Assembly: GCA_965223265.1 (NCBI GenBank) | Contig: OZ244999.1 | Location: 7,168,001 to 7,232,000, forward strand | Length of the DNA: 64,000 bases | Source of the DNA: Planctomycetota bacterium | GTDB lineage: Bacteria; Planctomycetota; UBA8108; SXIK01 | Reading direction: 5' to 3' | Shown: one piece after another, positions 48,865 to 59,510 of the stretch | How the letters are laid out: each line of letters starts with the position of its first letter | Numbering within the stretch: the first letter of the stretch is position 1 | Translations under genes and position numbers: made by a program | Notes under the pieces: generated by a model | The model's input: only the letters and a program-made list of their open reading frames with translations | The model's database searches: none | Told to the model about the DNA's origin: nothing

Positions 48865-49962
48865 TCACGTGACCCGGCAGCCGGGAGTCGACGCTCGACT
48901 CGACACCCCTGTCGGCGACGCGGCACCGCTTCCCTGGACCGCCTCGTAGAGCTGGCGATACTGCTGCACGAAACGTTCAGCGTCGAACGCGTCTTCCGCT
49001 AGACGTCTGGCCGCGTCACCGAACGCTCGACCGGAGGCCGCAACGCGATCGATCCCAGCGGCAAGTCCGGCAGCCGTGGGCTCGACGACGACGCCTCCCC
49101 CGTGCGTCTCGATGAGCGGAGCTAAACCGCACACGCGCGTCAACAGAACAGGACGACCGCACGCGAGCGACTCAACGAGCGAGTTCGGCACCGGCTTACA
49201 GCGCCTTGGATCGGTGGCGCAAAACACCGTCGCGTGGACTTCGCGATAGAGCGCCGCCATGTCCCGAAAGACGCCTGTCCGCACTTCAACGTTGCCCAGT
49301 CTGTTCGCGGCGATGGTGCGTTCCACGACCGCCCGCGCGTTTCCCCAAGGCCGCCAGCAGAGAATGAATCGCACCTGGGGACGCAGTTTGGCCGCTTCGA
49401 GCAGAATCGGCACGCCGCGGGCGTCAAGCCAGTCGGCGCGGTCCGGACTCGATGCGAACAAAACCGTGAAAGGCGACTCCGGCAGTGGCTGGACGCTGTA
49501 GTCTCTAAGGTTCACAGGCGGGTAGATGACTTCGATCCGCTCCGCAGGAATGCCGAGCGCCTCAAGCCGTGCTTTCGCTTGCGGCCACTCGACAGCAAAG
49601 CGGTCAACCTTGGCGAGCATCTCCGCAGCGCACGGCTCCGCGTCGAGCGCAACCGTCAAGACGATCGGGCGTTTCCGCGCTGCGCGCAGATGAAACCAGT
49701 CGCCAGCGCCGCCGAAGAGGTGGTTGATGTCAAAGCGTCGCTGCAGTACGGAAGTCAGAGCGCGGAACGCCCAGTGCAGTCTTGGGTGCATCGCCAGGCC
49801 ACTCGACCGCTCGTAACGGAGGATCCTGTGCGCCGTGACACCCCATGCGCTACTACCCGGGAAGGCGGAGCGCAGGAGCGCCACCTCCTTAGCGACCGCT
49901 TCCATCTGCGGCTCGAACGAGCTGAGCCAGTACGCTACGCGCGGCGTGCCGTGACGATCCAT
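48865..49962 (-). CDS. Glycosyltransferase family 4 (GT-B)
   Basis: IEVIYPPVNL, PNSLVESLACGRPV, C-terminal FDAERFVQQYRQLY. Confidence 0.85.
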   Translation of the reverse strand: MDRHGTPRVAYWLSSFEPQMEAVAKEVALLRSAFPGSSAWGVTAHRILRYERSSGLAMHPRLHWAFRALTSVLQRRFDINHLFGGAGDWFHLRAARKRPIVLTVALDAEPCAAEMLAKVDRFAVEWPQAKARLEALGIPAERIEVIYPPVNLRDYSVQPLPESPFTVLFASSPDRADWLDARGVPILLEAAKLRPQVRFILCWRPWGNARAVVERTIAANRLGNVEVRTGVFRDMAALYREVHATVFCATDPRRCKPVPNSLVESLACGRPVLLTRVCGLAPLIETHGGGVVVEPTAAGLAAGIDRVAASGRAFGDAARRLAEDAFDAERFVQQYRQLYEAVQGSGAASPTGVSSRASTPGCRVT

Positions 49963-50681
49963 TCCAGCGGAGGCCCCGAGCGAAGCCTCTCCAGAGCACG
50001 AATCACCCAGCGGTTCAGCCAGCCGCAGCGCGGTCCAATCAGCACCTGAGAGCGGTACTGCAGCCCCATCCAGCGCTGCACGCCAACACTCTCGGTGAGC
50101 TCGAACCCGTTCTCCTCCAACTCGCTGCGAAGGACATCGATCGACGTGTACAGCTCGTCATAGATCGGATAGCTTTCCGGCTCGGCTTCGCGTAGCGGCC
50201 TCGAGACCGGTTCGTTGACCGCATCGAAAATGACGCAGCCGCCCGGACGCAGCACACGCTGGACCTGCTCGTAGAGGCGTTTTCGATCGTCGAGCTTGAA
50301 GTGGCGGATGAACCGAAACGTGTAGACGAGATCAAATTCGTCGCCAGCGTCGAACGGCAGCTCGAACGCGTTGCCTTGAATCCACTTGACGGCGTCGGGA
50401 CACTCACGCCTACCGACTTCGATCATGCCAGCGTTGAATTCGAGTGCGACGTGCTCTCCCGGGGCACGAATTTCTCGCGTGATCCGCCCGGGACCAGGCG
50501 CGATTTCGAGGACCCGCCGCGGCTTGTGCGCCTCAATGAAGCGCTGCACCGCCTGCACCTGGCGATCGTGAAGGAGTCGCGTCAGCTCGCTCTCGAAGCG
50601 GCGGGCGACATAGTTCTCGGCCTTGTCGAGACCGCTGTAGGCGGCCTGGATTTCGGATTCAGTAACCTGTTGGGATGCCAT
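49935..50681 (-). CDS. Class I SAM-dependent methyltransferase
   Basis: VLEIAPGPGR, GNAFELPF...FDLV, RVLRPGG; start at ATG 50681. Confidence 0.88.
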   Translation of the reverse strand: MASQQVTESEIQAAYSGLDKAENYVARRFESELTRLLHDRQVQAVQRFIEAHKPRRVLEIAPGPGRITREIRAPGEHVALEFNAGMIEVGRRECPDAVKWIQGNAFELPFDAGDEFDLVYTFRFIRHFKLDDRKRLYEQVQRVLRPGGCVIFDAVNEPVSRPLREAEPESYPIYDELYTSIDVLRSELEENGFELTESVGVQRWMGLQYRSQVLIGPRCGWLNRWVIRALERLRSGPPLEWIVTARRA

Positions 50682-50866
50682 GTGGTCGGTGGACCTCGAG
50701 AAGTTGATGACGAGCAGACCCTCCCCGACGTTTTTCGGCGTCGCTGAGGCTGGGGCTGAACCTGGAAAACGACTGTCGTGCCATTCTCGCGGCGCGACAC
50801 GGTCCGCGGATCCCACCCTAACCACATACCAGAGAGCCGGTTACAAACGTCTCGGTAGAATTCTAG

Positions 50867-51447
50867 AAAAAGTCGTCCAAACCAAAGCCACAAGCGACAT
50901 CTCTATCATAGAGCGCAGGGGGGGTTCGAGGGCAGTTCAGACGGGGGGCGGCAGCCCGGTGAATGGACGACGGCGGCCTAACTGCAGAAAAAATAGACAG
51001 TTAGGAACAGTTGCCGCCCAATCCTCCAAAATCCCCGGAAAAGTCGTCCAAACCAAAGCCACAAGCGACATCTCTATCATAGAGCGCAGGGGGGTTCGAG
51101 GGCAGTTCAGACGGGGGGCGGCAGCCCGGTGAATGGACGACGGCGGCCTAACTGCAGAAAAAATAGACAGTTAGGAACAGTTGCCGCCCAATCCTCCAAA
51201 ATCCCCGGAAAAGTCGTCCAAACCAAAGCCACAAGCGACATCTCTATCATAGAGCGCAGGGGGTTCGAGGGCAGCTCAGACGGGGGCGGCAGCCCGGTGA
51301 ATGGGCGACGGAGGCCTAACTGCAGAAAACATAGACAGTTAGGAACAGTTGCCGCCCAATCCTCCAAGATCCCCGGAAAAGTCGTCCAAACCAAAGCCAC
51401 AAGCGACATCTCTATCATAGAGCGCAGGGGGTTCGAGGGCAGTTCAG
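50867..51447 (+). repeat. ~170-bp tandem repeat, 3.4 copies, intergenic
   Basis: GTCGTCCAAACCAAAGCCACAAGCGACATCTCTATCATAGAGCGCAG recurs at 50872, 51043, 51213 and 51381. Confidence 0.95.
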
Positions 51448-51764
51448 CGGTGGCGCACGAGACGCCTGGAGCGTCGACAGCGCGAATTTGAAAAAATCTC
51501 CAAAAACTCTCTAGCACATCGCGTTTTTCTTACCTCTAGAAGGTAGAGGCCGTGAGTTGAGGTGGCTGGTGACAGGCAGTTGGTTCAGGAGGAGCGGCTA
51601 CGGCGGCCGGTCCGGAAGGACGCTTCCCGACGAACGTCGGGGGTTCGTTCTCTCACAAGCACGTCCGGAGCCCGCGAGCGGGGAGACGGCTCGCAATTGG
51701 ACGCTACGGCACGCAAGATGGAGCCGCGCTTGAAGAAAAGCGCACTGCCGCCGTCTTATGCTAA

Positions 51765-51920
51765 CAGCCCGTTGAAAAAATCATTCGGCTGAGAAACCGG
51801 CCTCTTCACGCCCAGATCAGCCGCGGCGAGCCTCGCCGTTAGAGATTACCTGCGTCGCCGCGGCTGATCTGAAAGCGAAGCGACCAGTTTTCAGCTCGAA
51901 GCACTTTTTCAGGCAGGCTG
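51765..51920. mobile_element. Second copy of the MITE (156 bp)
   Basis: CTAA|CAGCCCGTTGAAAAAA ... CTTTTTCAGGCAGGCTG|CTAC; interior homologous to 25513-25672. Confidence 0.8.
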
Positions 51921-52012
51921 CTACGAGCTGGGTGCTGTCGAAGCCGCGACGTGCGGAGGGCTTCCCGGCCGACAACCACGAGGCGGGCGAATCACCTGGA
52001 GGAGAAGCTGCG

Positions 52013-52696
52013 ATGTCCACAACCCGATCGCGCCATGCCAAGACTACCCTGACCGCGCTTGCTGCCGCCGCCTTCCTTGCCGGTCTCGGGATCGCGAACG
52101 CGCAGGACTACTATCAGACCGCCTACTACCCGCACGAGCACTACTTCAGCGTCGGCATTCGCGCGGGCGGCATGGTTCTGACTGACGAAGACGCGCGCGA
52201 CATCTACGACGACGGAGTCGGCACGTTCGGCCTCGATTTTCACTTTCACTTCTTTGATTGGCCGCTGGCGACCCGAGGCAGCTTCGACTTCTCTGCCGGT
52301 GACGGCGATCCGAACGAGTCTCTTCCAGGTGTTCTCGACACCGACGCCGACCTTTTCCTCTTCAACAGCCGCTTGTCGCTCGTGCTGGAACCACCACCGG
52401 GATTCTGGGGCAGCCCGAACGGTGACTTCTACGTCACCCCGTACATCGGAGCTGGAGTCGGCCTACACTACGTTGAGGAAGATGTGGATCGTCTGACAAC
52501 GTTCGGCATCACCCACGACGACGACTCCGACGCCAACATCGGTTTTCACCTCGTTGGGGGTATCGATTTCACGTTCGCCGAGCACTACGCGGCCGGCCTC
52601 GAAGTGCTCTACGTGCACTCTAATCTCGACAGCACCTTTAGCAGCGTCGAATTCGATGGCATCGGCATCATGGCAACGTTCAAGCTCAAGTTTTAG
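52013..52696 (+). CDS. Outer-membrane beta-barrel protein
   Basis: GGAGG RBS, signal peptide, TPYIGAGVG, GFHLVGGIDF, C-terminal Phe (FKLKF). Confidence 0.85.
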   Translation: MSTTRSRHAKTTLTALAAAAFLAGLGIANAQDYYQTAYYPHEHYFSVGIRAGGMVLTDEDARDIYDDGVGTFGLDFHFHFFDWPLATRGSFDFSAGDGDPNESLPGVLDTDADLFLFNSRLSLVLEPPPGFWGSPNGDFYVTPYIGAGVGLHYVEEDVDRLTTFGITHDDDSDANIGFHLVGGIDFTFAEHYAAGLEVLYVHSNLDSTFSSVEFDGIGIMATFKLKF

Positions 52697-52703
52697 CCCA
52701 GCG

Positions 52704-54020
52704 CTAGCTCAAGAGGCTCCGCAGCCGCGAAAGCTCTCCCAACGTGATGCCCCAGCCGACGACGATGCTGACGACGACCGCAAAGGCATCGAGCGCAAGG
52801 AGCACCAGACCGTGAAGCGAACGCGGCGAGGAGCGGAAGTAGCCCATATCGCGGCGGCTGACGCGCCAAAAGAGGGCGATCGCAACGACGGGAAACACGA
52901 ACGCCAAGAACGCTGAGAAGATGCGAATGCCGTAGAATGGGTTAACCCGAAGCAGCAGGATCGCAACCGAACTCGCCGCGAAGATCAGCAGCGCGGCGCG
53001 AAACGGCGGCGAGCGCATCTCGAGGCGCAGGTTACCGAAGTCCAAGACGGCGTAGGCACCGCAAACAAGCCAACCGATTCCGGCTGTCCAGGCGGCGAGA
53101 AAGAGTCCAATCGGGAAACAGAGCGCAGCGGTCGAACCAGCGACGGGCTCAAGCAAAGCGGCGAACTCCATGTAGTTCTCGGGGACGATGCCGAACGGCC
53201 GGGCGACCGCAGCGGCAGCGGCCATGAGCGGCAGAGCGACGATGCCGGCCGCGGCGATGCCGACGGCGTAGTCAAGCCGTGAGCGCTTGAGGATCGCCAA
53301 CTTGCCGTCGAGGCGCTTCGAGAACCAGCCCTTTTCGAGCATGGTGTAAGGATAGATGAGAATCAACCATGCGTTGATGAGGCTGCCGGCGTTCTGCTGC
53401 AGCAGACGTTTTGCCGCGTCAGTCGGCGCCGGAATGCCGGGGATCAGCCCCGCAAAAGCCTGACGCCAAGGCGTCTCACCGAGCGACTGGCTAGCTGCCG
53501 CGGCAGCGGCGGCGAATAGGACGACCAGCAGCAGAAGCGCGACCGCGAAGAAAAGCTCGAGACGCGCATACACGCCGCATATCAGAACGACGATGGCGCC
53601 GACGCACGCCAGGGCACCCCCGAGTTCGATTGGAACGCTCGGAAAGAGCCCACCGAAGACGCGCGCGCACGCGTTCCACTGCGAGTAGGCACCGAGAGTC
53701 GTCGTCACGATCACGGTGAGCCACAGGTACGCAGCCAGCGTCGGGTGCAGCTCCTTGAAGAGCGAAACCGGCGTCCGTCCGAAACGCAGGTAGTAGCGCA
53801 CACTCATGTCCATGAGCGACCAGCCGGCAAGCCCAAGGACGAAGTAGGACCACCATAGGTCGAAGCCGAAAACGGCTCCCATGCGCGTCGCGATCGTGAT
53901 GTCGGCCGTACCGATGTAGAAGGATGCGACGAGCGCGCCGGCGCCGACGCCGAAGACTGCGCGCCATGGAAGGCTCGGCGCACGTCGGCTCCACGGGACT
54001 ACTTCGTTTGACTCCACCAC
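52704..54020 (-). CDS. NRAMP-like divalent metal transporter
   Basis: GAGALVASFYIGTADITIATRMGAVFGFDLWW matches the NRAMP-like TM1 pattern; about 11 TM helices. Confidence 0.75.
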   Translation of the reverse strand: MVESNEVVPWSRRAPSLPWRAVFGVGAGALVASFYIGTADITIATRMGAVFGFDLWWSYFVLGLAGWSLMDMSVRYYLRFGRTPVSLFKELHPTLAAYLWLTVIVTTTLGAYSQWNACARVFGGLFPSVPIELGGALACVGAIVVLICGVYARLELFFAVALLLLVVLFAAAAAAASQSLGETPWRQAFAGLIPGIPAPTDAAKRLLQQNAGSLINAWLILIYPYTMLEKGWFSKRLDGKLAILKRSRLDYAVGIAAAGIVALPLMAAAAAVARPFGIVPENYMEFAALLEPVAGSTAALCFPIGLFLAAWTAGIGWLVCGAYAVLDFGNLRLEMRSPPFRAALLIFAASSVAILLLRVNPFYGIRIFSAFLAFVFPVVAIALFWRVSRRDMGYFRSSPRSLHGLVLLALDAFAVVVSIVVGWGITLGELSRLRSLLS

Positions 54021-54700
54021 GATTCCTCTGCGCTAGGCAACTGGGGGTCGTGCGGCCGACGCCACGATCCCACCGCGGCGTAGCGTTTGAGAAAGAGTGC
54101 GAACGCTGGTAACGCTAAAAGGGCCATCGCCGCAGGCACCAAGATGGACCAGATTCCGCGCGCAACGGCAGCTCCTCGAATCGTCGTCACCGGAATCGTC
54201 AAGATCGAGCTCTCGCCGCCGCTCGCCAGGTGCAAGCTGAACTCATAACTGGCCGGGGCCAGCTCGGCGTCGGCGCGCAGCGACGCGAACGCAAGCCGTG
54301 TGGCCTCGCCGTTGGCAACGCGCACTTGTTGACGCCGTTTCAACGTCAACGCTTCGCCCTTGAACTCCGACGGCGTCGTGAGCTCAGCACTCACGGTGGC
54401 GTCCTCGGTACCATCAGCGGTCAAGACGATGAGAATGCTCACCACCTCACCCTGTGGCGCCCAATCAGGCGTCATAACCCGGTAGCCGACGCCGCCAACG
54501 ACGCCCGTCTCAATGGTCGCAGCCAGAGGTGTAGTCGCAAGAGCAGCTGCAAGAAGAACAACGACGAGATGCGTCAAACGATGACAAGGGCGTCTTTGCC
54601 GCCACGAGCGTCCGCAGGGGAAGAAGGAAGTCGTGAGAAACGAACACCGAGTCGAGGAAGCAGCGACCTCGTTCGCGATTTGTCGGTTCACGCCAGACAC
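53999..54700 (-). CDS. Hypothetical exported protein with a C-terminal TM helix (true start probably downstream)
   Basis: Signal-like LVVVLLAAALA, Ig-like beta body, C-terminal TM; overlaps the NRAMP start. Confidence 0.6.
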   Translation of the reverse strand: MSGVNRQIANEVAASSTRCSFLTTSFFPCGRSWRQRRPCHRLTHLVVVLLAAALATTPLAATIETGVVGGVGYRVMTPDWAPQGEVVSILIVLTADGTEDATVSAELTTPSEFKGEALTLKRRQQVRVANGEATRLAFASLRADAELAPASYEFSLHLASGGESSILTIPVTTIRGAAVARGIWSILVPAAMALLALPAFALFLKRYAAVGSWRRPHDPQLPSAEESWWSQTK

Positions 54701-54779
54701 CTCGAATCAACTTGCATCGCCGTTTGGGGATCGCGAGAATTGCACATGTTTGTATGCTGCCATCTCCAAGGAAGGGTCC

Positions 54780-57581
54780 ATGACACGCCGAACGCAGCCG
54801 ACTCGCCGGTCGTTATGCTACAGGCTTTTGTTCATTCTCAACATAACGTTCGGCCTGGGAATCTCGGCCGTCGGAGTTGACGCGAGCGACGTCGCGACGC
54901 CGGCGAGTGTGAACGTTGAGGCTGCTCTCAACGAGGCACGCGGTGATGCGAGCGGAAGAGCCCTCAAAGACTCAGATCAGAACGCAAAGCAGCGTTCAGA
55001 ACCAGGTTCTGTGGTAGAGGCAACCGATGCCGACGAATCCCTCGCCCCGAACGCTGTCAAAGGTGGACGCGGCTTCTGGGCGTTCCGCCCACCGCTCGAT
55101 CCAGAACCACCGACTGTACGCGAATCCTCGTGGGCGCGAAATGGGCTCGATCTTTTCATCCTCCGTCACCTCGAACGCGCGCAACTCTCTCCGGCACCTC
55201 CGGCAACACGTCGAGACTTCCTCCGCCGAGCCACGTTCGATCTGACCGGCTTGCCGCCGACGCCAAGTGAAGTCGAGAGCTTTCTGGCGGACGACGACCC
55301 AGGCGCAAGCGAACGCCTCGTCGACCGACTTCTCGCCTCGCCGCGTTACGGGGAACGTTGGGGGCGCCACTGGCTGGACACCGTACGCTACGCTGACTCC
55401 AACGGCCTCGATGAAAACATCGCGCACGGAAACATCTGGCGCTACCGCGACTACGTCATCGACGCGCTCAACGTCGACAAGCCGTACGACACGTTCGTTA
55501 TGGAGCAGCTCGCCGGCGATCTGCTCGCTGACGACCACGGCGACATGGCGCGGCGGCGGGAACAGCTCATAGCGACGGGCTTCCTTGCGATGGGTCCGAA
55601 GGTGCTCGCCGAAAGTGACAAGAAAAAAATGGAGATGGACATCATCGATGAGCAGATCGATTCGCTGGGTCGCACCTTCATGGCATTAACACTCGGCTGC
55701 GCGCGCTGTCACGATCACAAGTTCGACCCGATCGCCACGGAGGACTACTACGCGCTGGCGGGAATCTTCAAAAGCACGAAGACCATGGAGAGCTTGAAGA
55801 CGATCGCCCGCTGGCACGAAAACTCTCTCGCAACCCCTGAGGAGGAGCAGCAGCACAGAAAACTCGCGGCAGACATCACGCAGCGCCAATCGGTTGTTGA
55901 CGAGGTCGTCAAGGAGTCCAACAGTGAGCTGCAGGAGAGCATCGTTTCGCGCCTGGACGAGTACCTCTTGGCGGCGGCTGAGATCGACACCGATGACGTT
56001 GACGGCAGCATCGACCGACTCGCAAAAGAGCGAGGGCTGGTGCCGTTTATCCTAGCGAACTGGCGCAAGTATCTCGCCAGTGTTCGCAACGACGACACGT
56101 CGATCTTCGTCGTTTGGCAAGCTGTCGCGTCGGGCATTGACTCGGCATCGATCGACACCGCTGCAGTATTCGCAGAGGCCGGCGGCGAGCTCTTCTCATC
56201 GACCGACCTGGCGACACTGCAGTCGATCGCGGCGCGCTACCAATCGCTTTTCGCCGCCGCACGAGCTCAGAACGCGGAAGCAACCGCTGAAAAACAGTCC
56301 AGCGCACCGGCAACGACAACCGCAGAGACCACAAACGATCGCACCGAAGCACAGAGCTCCGACCCGCTCACACCTTTTCGGACTCTGCTGGTCGACGGGG
56401 GCGGTCCATTCTCAATCCCTTCGTCAGTGACGGCGCAAGAGATCGAGCGCCACTACCCGCAAAGTGTCCGCGACTCCCTCAAAGCGAAACGCGAGACGAT
56501 CCAGAAACTGAGCGAGGCTCTCCCTGTGCTGCCGTCAGCCATGGGCGTCGCCGCCGGCGAGGTCACGGATCTTCCGGTTCATATTCGCGGCAGCCATCTC
56601 GCTCTCGGCAAGGTCGTACCACGGCGGTTTCCCGCGGTGCTCGACGAGCGCCAGCAGCAACTTCCGAAGACGACGAGCGGCCGACTTGAGCTAGCCGCGT
56701 GGCTCGCGAATCGTCGTCACCCTCTGACCGCGCGGGTCCTCGTCAATCGCCTCTGGCGCTGGCACTTCGGACGCGGATTGGTCGCCACACCTGACAACTT
56801 CGGTACGCGAGGCCAGACGCCGACCAACCAGGACCTTCTCGATTGGCTGACCCATCGCTTGATCGAAGCTGACTGGTCGATCAAGGCGATGCACAAGATC
56901 ATCATGCTCTCGAGTACTTATGCGATGAGCAGTCAGTACGACGCAAACGCCGCGGAGACAGATCCCGACAACACGCTGCTGTGGCGTGCGCCCGTTCGGC
57001 GCCTCGAAGCCGAAGCGATACGCGACTCGCTGCTCGCGGTGAGTGGCCGCCTCGATCTGCAAATGGGCGGCTCTCTGCTCCACGTAGATAACAGGAAGTT
57101 TCTCTTCGATCACACGTCGAAGGACAAGACGACGTATACGGCGGTGCGACGTTCGCTCTATCTTCCGGTCATTCGCAATCACCTCTACGATTTCTTCTCT
57201 CTCTACGATTTTCCCGACCCTGCAGTGCCGAGCGGCGATCGCTCGACCACGACCGTAGCGCCGCAGGCCTTGTTTCTGATGAACAGCCCGTTGGTGCGCG
57301 AAAGCGCCGAGGCGCTCGCGAGGTCAATGATCGACAGCCATTCGAGCGACCGGGAGCGCATCGCACAACTCTATGTGACACTCTTCGGCCGCGAGCCTAA
57401 GGCCCCGGAACTCAAGTCGGCGCTCGCATTCCTCGGTGCGAACACACCGACCGACGTAGCTTCAGGGCGTGCCAAAGCAAACACAGCACCTCGGACGTCG
57501 AAACAAAGCGGCCGGCTCAAAGCATGGACAGCCCTAGTGCAAGCTCTTCTCTGCACGAATGAGTTCGTCTACCTGAAATGA
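54780..57581 (+). CDS. DUF1549/DUF1553 (PSD1) planctomycete cytochrome-c-type protein
   Basis: FWAFRP, RRATFDLTGLPPT, YGERWGRHWLD, CARCHDHKFDPI, SGRLELA, NRLWRWHFGRGLV, RRLEAEAIRD, QALFLMN, NEFVYLK. Confidence 0.93.
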   Translation: MTRRTQPTRRSLCYRLLFILNITFGLGISAVGVDASDVATPASVNVEAALNEARGDASGRALKDSDQNAKQRSEPGSVVEATDADESLAPNAVKGGRGFWAFRPPLDPEPPTVRESSWARNGLDLFILRHLERAQLSPAPPATRRDFLRRATFDLTGLPPTPSEVESFLADDDPGASERLVDRLLASPRYGERWGRHWLDTVRYADSNGLDENIAHGNIWRYRDYVIDALNVDKPYDTFVMEQLAGDLLADDHGDMARRREQLIATGFLAMGPKVLAESDKKKMEMDIIDEQIDSLGRTFMALTLGCARCHDHKFDPIATEDYYALAGIFKSTKTMESLKTIARWHENSLATPEEEQQHRKLAADITQRQSVVDEVVKESNSELQESIVSRLDEYLLAAAEIDTDDVDGSIDRLAKERGLVPFILANWRKYLASVRNDDTSIFVVWQAVASGIDSASIDTAAVFAEAGGELFSSTDLATLQSIAARYQSLFAAARAQNAEATAEKQSSAPATTTAETTNDRTEAQSSDPLTPFRTLLVDGGGPFSIPSSVTAQEIERHYPQSVRDSLKAKRETIQKLSEALPVLPSAMGVAAGEVTDLPVHIRGSHLALGKVVPRRFPAVLDERQQQLPKTTSGRLELAAWLANRRHPLTARVLVNRLWRWHFGRGLVATPDNFGTRGQTPTNQDLLDWLTHRLIEADWSIKAMHKIIMLSSTYAMSSQYDANAAETDPDNTLLWRAPVRRLEAEAIRDSLLAVSGRLDLQMGGSLLHVDNRKFLFDHTSKDKTTYTAVRRSLYLPVIRNHLYDFFSLYDFPDPAVPSGDRSTTTVAPQALFLMNSPLVRESAEALARSMIDSHSSDRERIAQLYVTLFGREPKAPELKSALAFLGANTPTDVASGRAKANTAPRTSKQSGRLKAWTALVQALLCTNEFVYLK

Positions 57582-59095
57582 AAAACACCAAGACAGAGCT
57601 GCGCCGATCGGATGGCGACCCAGGACTTCACAGCGGTCTGACACGTCACGCCGTCTCCCGCCGCTCCCTCCTGCGCCAGTCGGCTCTCGGGTTCGGCCAC
57701 TTGGCCTTTCTCTCGCTGCTGGCTGACGAAGCTGTGGCGACGAACCCGCCAGGCGGCTCCCGCAAAGCGAAAGCTACCAAGGATACGGTAGAAGCGGATG
57801 GACCGCTAGCGCCGCGTCCGCCGCACGTGCCGGCACGCGCGAAGCGAGTCATCTTTCTCTTCATGAAGGGTGGCCCATCGCACATCGACACGTTCGACCA
57901 GAAGCCTCGCCTTGATCGCGACCATGGTAAGGAGCTGCCATTCGCGAAGCCGCGGGTTCAGTTCGCAACCACTGGAAAGCTTCTGAAATCGCCGTGGGAG
58001 TTTCGTCGCTACGGCGACAGTGGCATTCCCGTCAGCGAGCTTTTTCCAAATGTTGCGCGCCACGTCGATGACATCTGTTTTTTGAACTCACTTCACGGCT
58101 CCAACGCCGCCCACGGGGGCGCTTGCCTCAAAATTCACACCGGCAGCGATAACTTCGTGCGGCCAAGCATGGGAGCGTGGGTAACGTACGGTCTTGGCTC
58201 GGAGAACCAGGACCTGCCTGGGTTCGTTACCATTTGCCCAACGCTTGCTCACGGTGGCGTCAACAACTGGGGAGCCGCGTTCTTGCCAGCACAGTTTCAA
58301 GGCACACCGCTCGGTGTCGCGAGCCAGCCATCGACCGCGGCGAAGCTTCGCTACTCCGAGAACGACAGCATCGAGCCTGCGCTCCAGCGACGTCAACTCG
58401 ACCTTGTCGCAGCGCTCAACCGCGGCCACCTCTCTGAGACCGGCCCGCACCGAGAGCTCGAAGCTCGCATCAGCTCGTTCGAGCTCGCCTTTCGCATGCA
58501 GGGTGCTCTCCCGAAAGTGCTGGACATTACCGGCGAGACGGCTGCAACGCGGCGCCTTTACGGGCTGGATGATCCACTCTCGGCTGACTTTGGACGCCAG
58601 TGTTTGCTTGCCCGCCGCTTCGCCGAAAGCGGCGTTCGCTTCATTCAAGTCACCCATAGCGACGCCTTCGTGCAGTGGGACCAGCACGCCGACCTCGTCA
58701 AGGGCCACACGAAAAACTCGCGCGAGGTCGACCTCCCGATCGCCGGACTTCTCACCGACCTCAAGACGCGAGGCCTGCTCGAAGACACGCTTGTCCTATG
58801 GGGTGGAGAGTTTGGTCGCACCCCGACCGTGCAGGGAACCAACGGTCGCGATCACAATCCCGAAGGATTCACAATGTGGATGGCAGGCGGGGGCGTCCGC
58901 GGCGGCATGCGCTACGGCGCAACGGACGAGTTCGGCTACTATGCTGTCGAGAACAAGATGCACGTCAACGACCTGCACGCGACGATTCTCCACCTGCTCG
59001 GACTCGATCATGAACGGCTGACCTATCACCACGGCGGCCGTGACTTCCGTCTCACTGACGTCGCCGGCGACGTAGCACACGACATCATGGTCTGA
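57578..59095 (+). CDS. DUF1501 domain-containing protein (sulfatase-like, Tat-exported)
   Basis: SRRSLL, AKRVIFLFMKGGPSHIDTFD, FGRQCLLARR, WDQH, GEFGRTP, GRDHNP, DFRLTDV. Confidence 0.95.
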   Translation: MKNTKTELRRSDGDPGLHSGLTRHAVSRRSLLRQSALGFGHLAFLSLLADEAVATNPPGGSRKAKATKDTVEADGPLAPRPPHVPARAKRVIFLFMKGGPSHIDTFDQKPRLDRDHGKELPFAKPRVQFATTGKLLKSPWEFRRYGDSGIPVSELFPNVARHVDDICFLNSLHGSNAAHGGACLKIHTGSDNFVRPSMGAWVTYGLGSENQDLPGFVTICPTLAHGGVNNWGAAFLPAQFQGTPLGVASQPSTAAKLRYSENDSIEPALQRRQLDLVAALNRGHLSETGPHRELEARISSFELAFRMQGALPKVLDITGETAATRRLYGLDDPLSADFGRQCLLARRFAESGVRFIQVTHSDAFVQWDQHADLVKGHTKNSREVDLPIAGLLTDLKTRGLLEDTLVLWGGEFGRTPTVQGTNGRDHNPEGFTMWMAGGGVRGGMRYGATDEFGYYAVENKMHVNDLHATILHLLGLDHERLTYHHGGRDFRLTDVAGDVAHDIMV

Positions 59096-59132
59096 GAACG
59101 GCCGCGTCGGCGACTCGCGCTCCGCGGCAAGT

Positions 59133-59456
59133 CTACGTACCGTACGCTTCGCCGCCGCAGATCGGACAGACCATTCGCTTCGACCAGCAGCGAACCGGGT
59201 GGGAACAACCTGGACACCGACCGCTCTGGCAAATCGGCACGTCGTCCGCCCAGTCTGGCTGGGTTGCGTCAGGCGTTGCAATGAAGTCTACGACCCAACC
59301 GCCCGCCTCAAGCTGGACGTCGGACAGGACAAAATGGCCCTGCCCGTCAGCGAAATCAGACGTCCGTCTGTCCCTGATAGCCTCGTAAAAAACTTCAGCG
59401 AATTGCCTATCGGTCAGGCCTGAAAGCCACTCAAGAAGCCGTTGACGTTCGCTCAT
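59133..59456 (-). CDS. Small hypothetical protein with a C-terminal zinc-ribbon-like Cys cluster
   Basis: RBS-like GGAAAACG upstream; CQSGRCPGC...CWSKRMVCPICG. Confidence 0.6.
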   Translation of the reverse strand: MSERQRLLEWLSGLTDRQFAEVFYEAIRDRRTSDFADGQGHFVLSDVQLEAGGWVVDFIATPDATQPDWADDVPICQSGRCPGCSHPVRCWSKRMVCPICGGEAYGT

Positions 59457-59510
59457 GTTCGTTTTCCACTCCTCGAACTAGGCACCAGTCGACGACACAT
59501 TGTGTTCCCG

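Noticed and set aside
50867-51447. Possible CRISPR array
   Set aside because: Whole units are repeated, with no unique spacers and no cas genes in the window.
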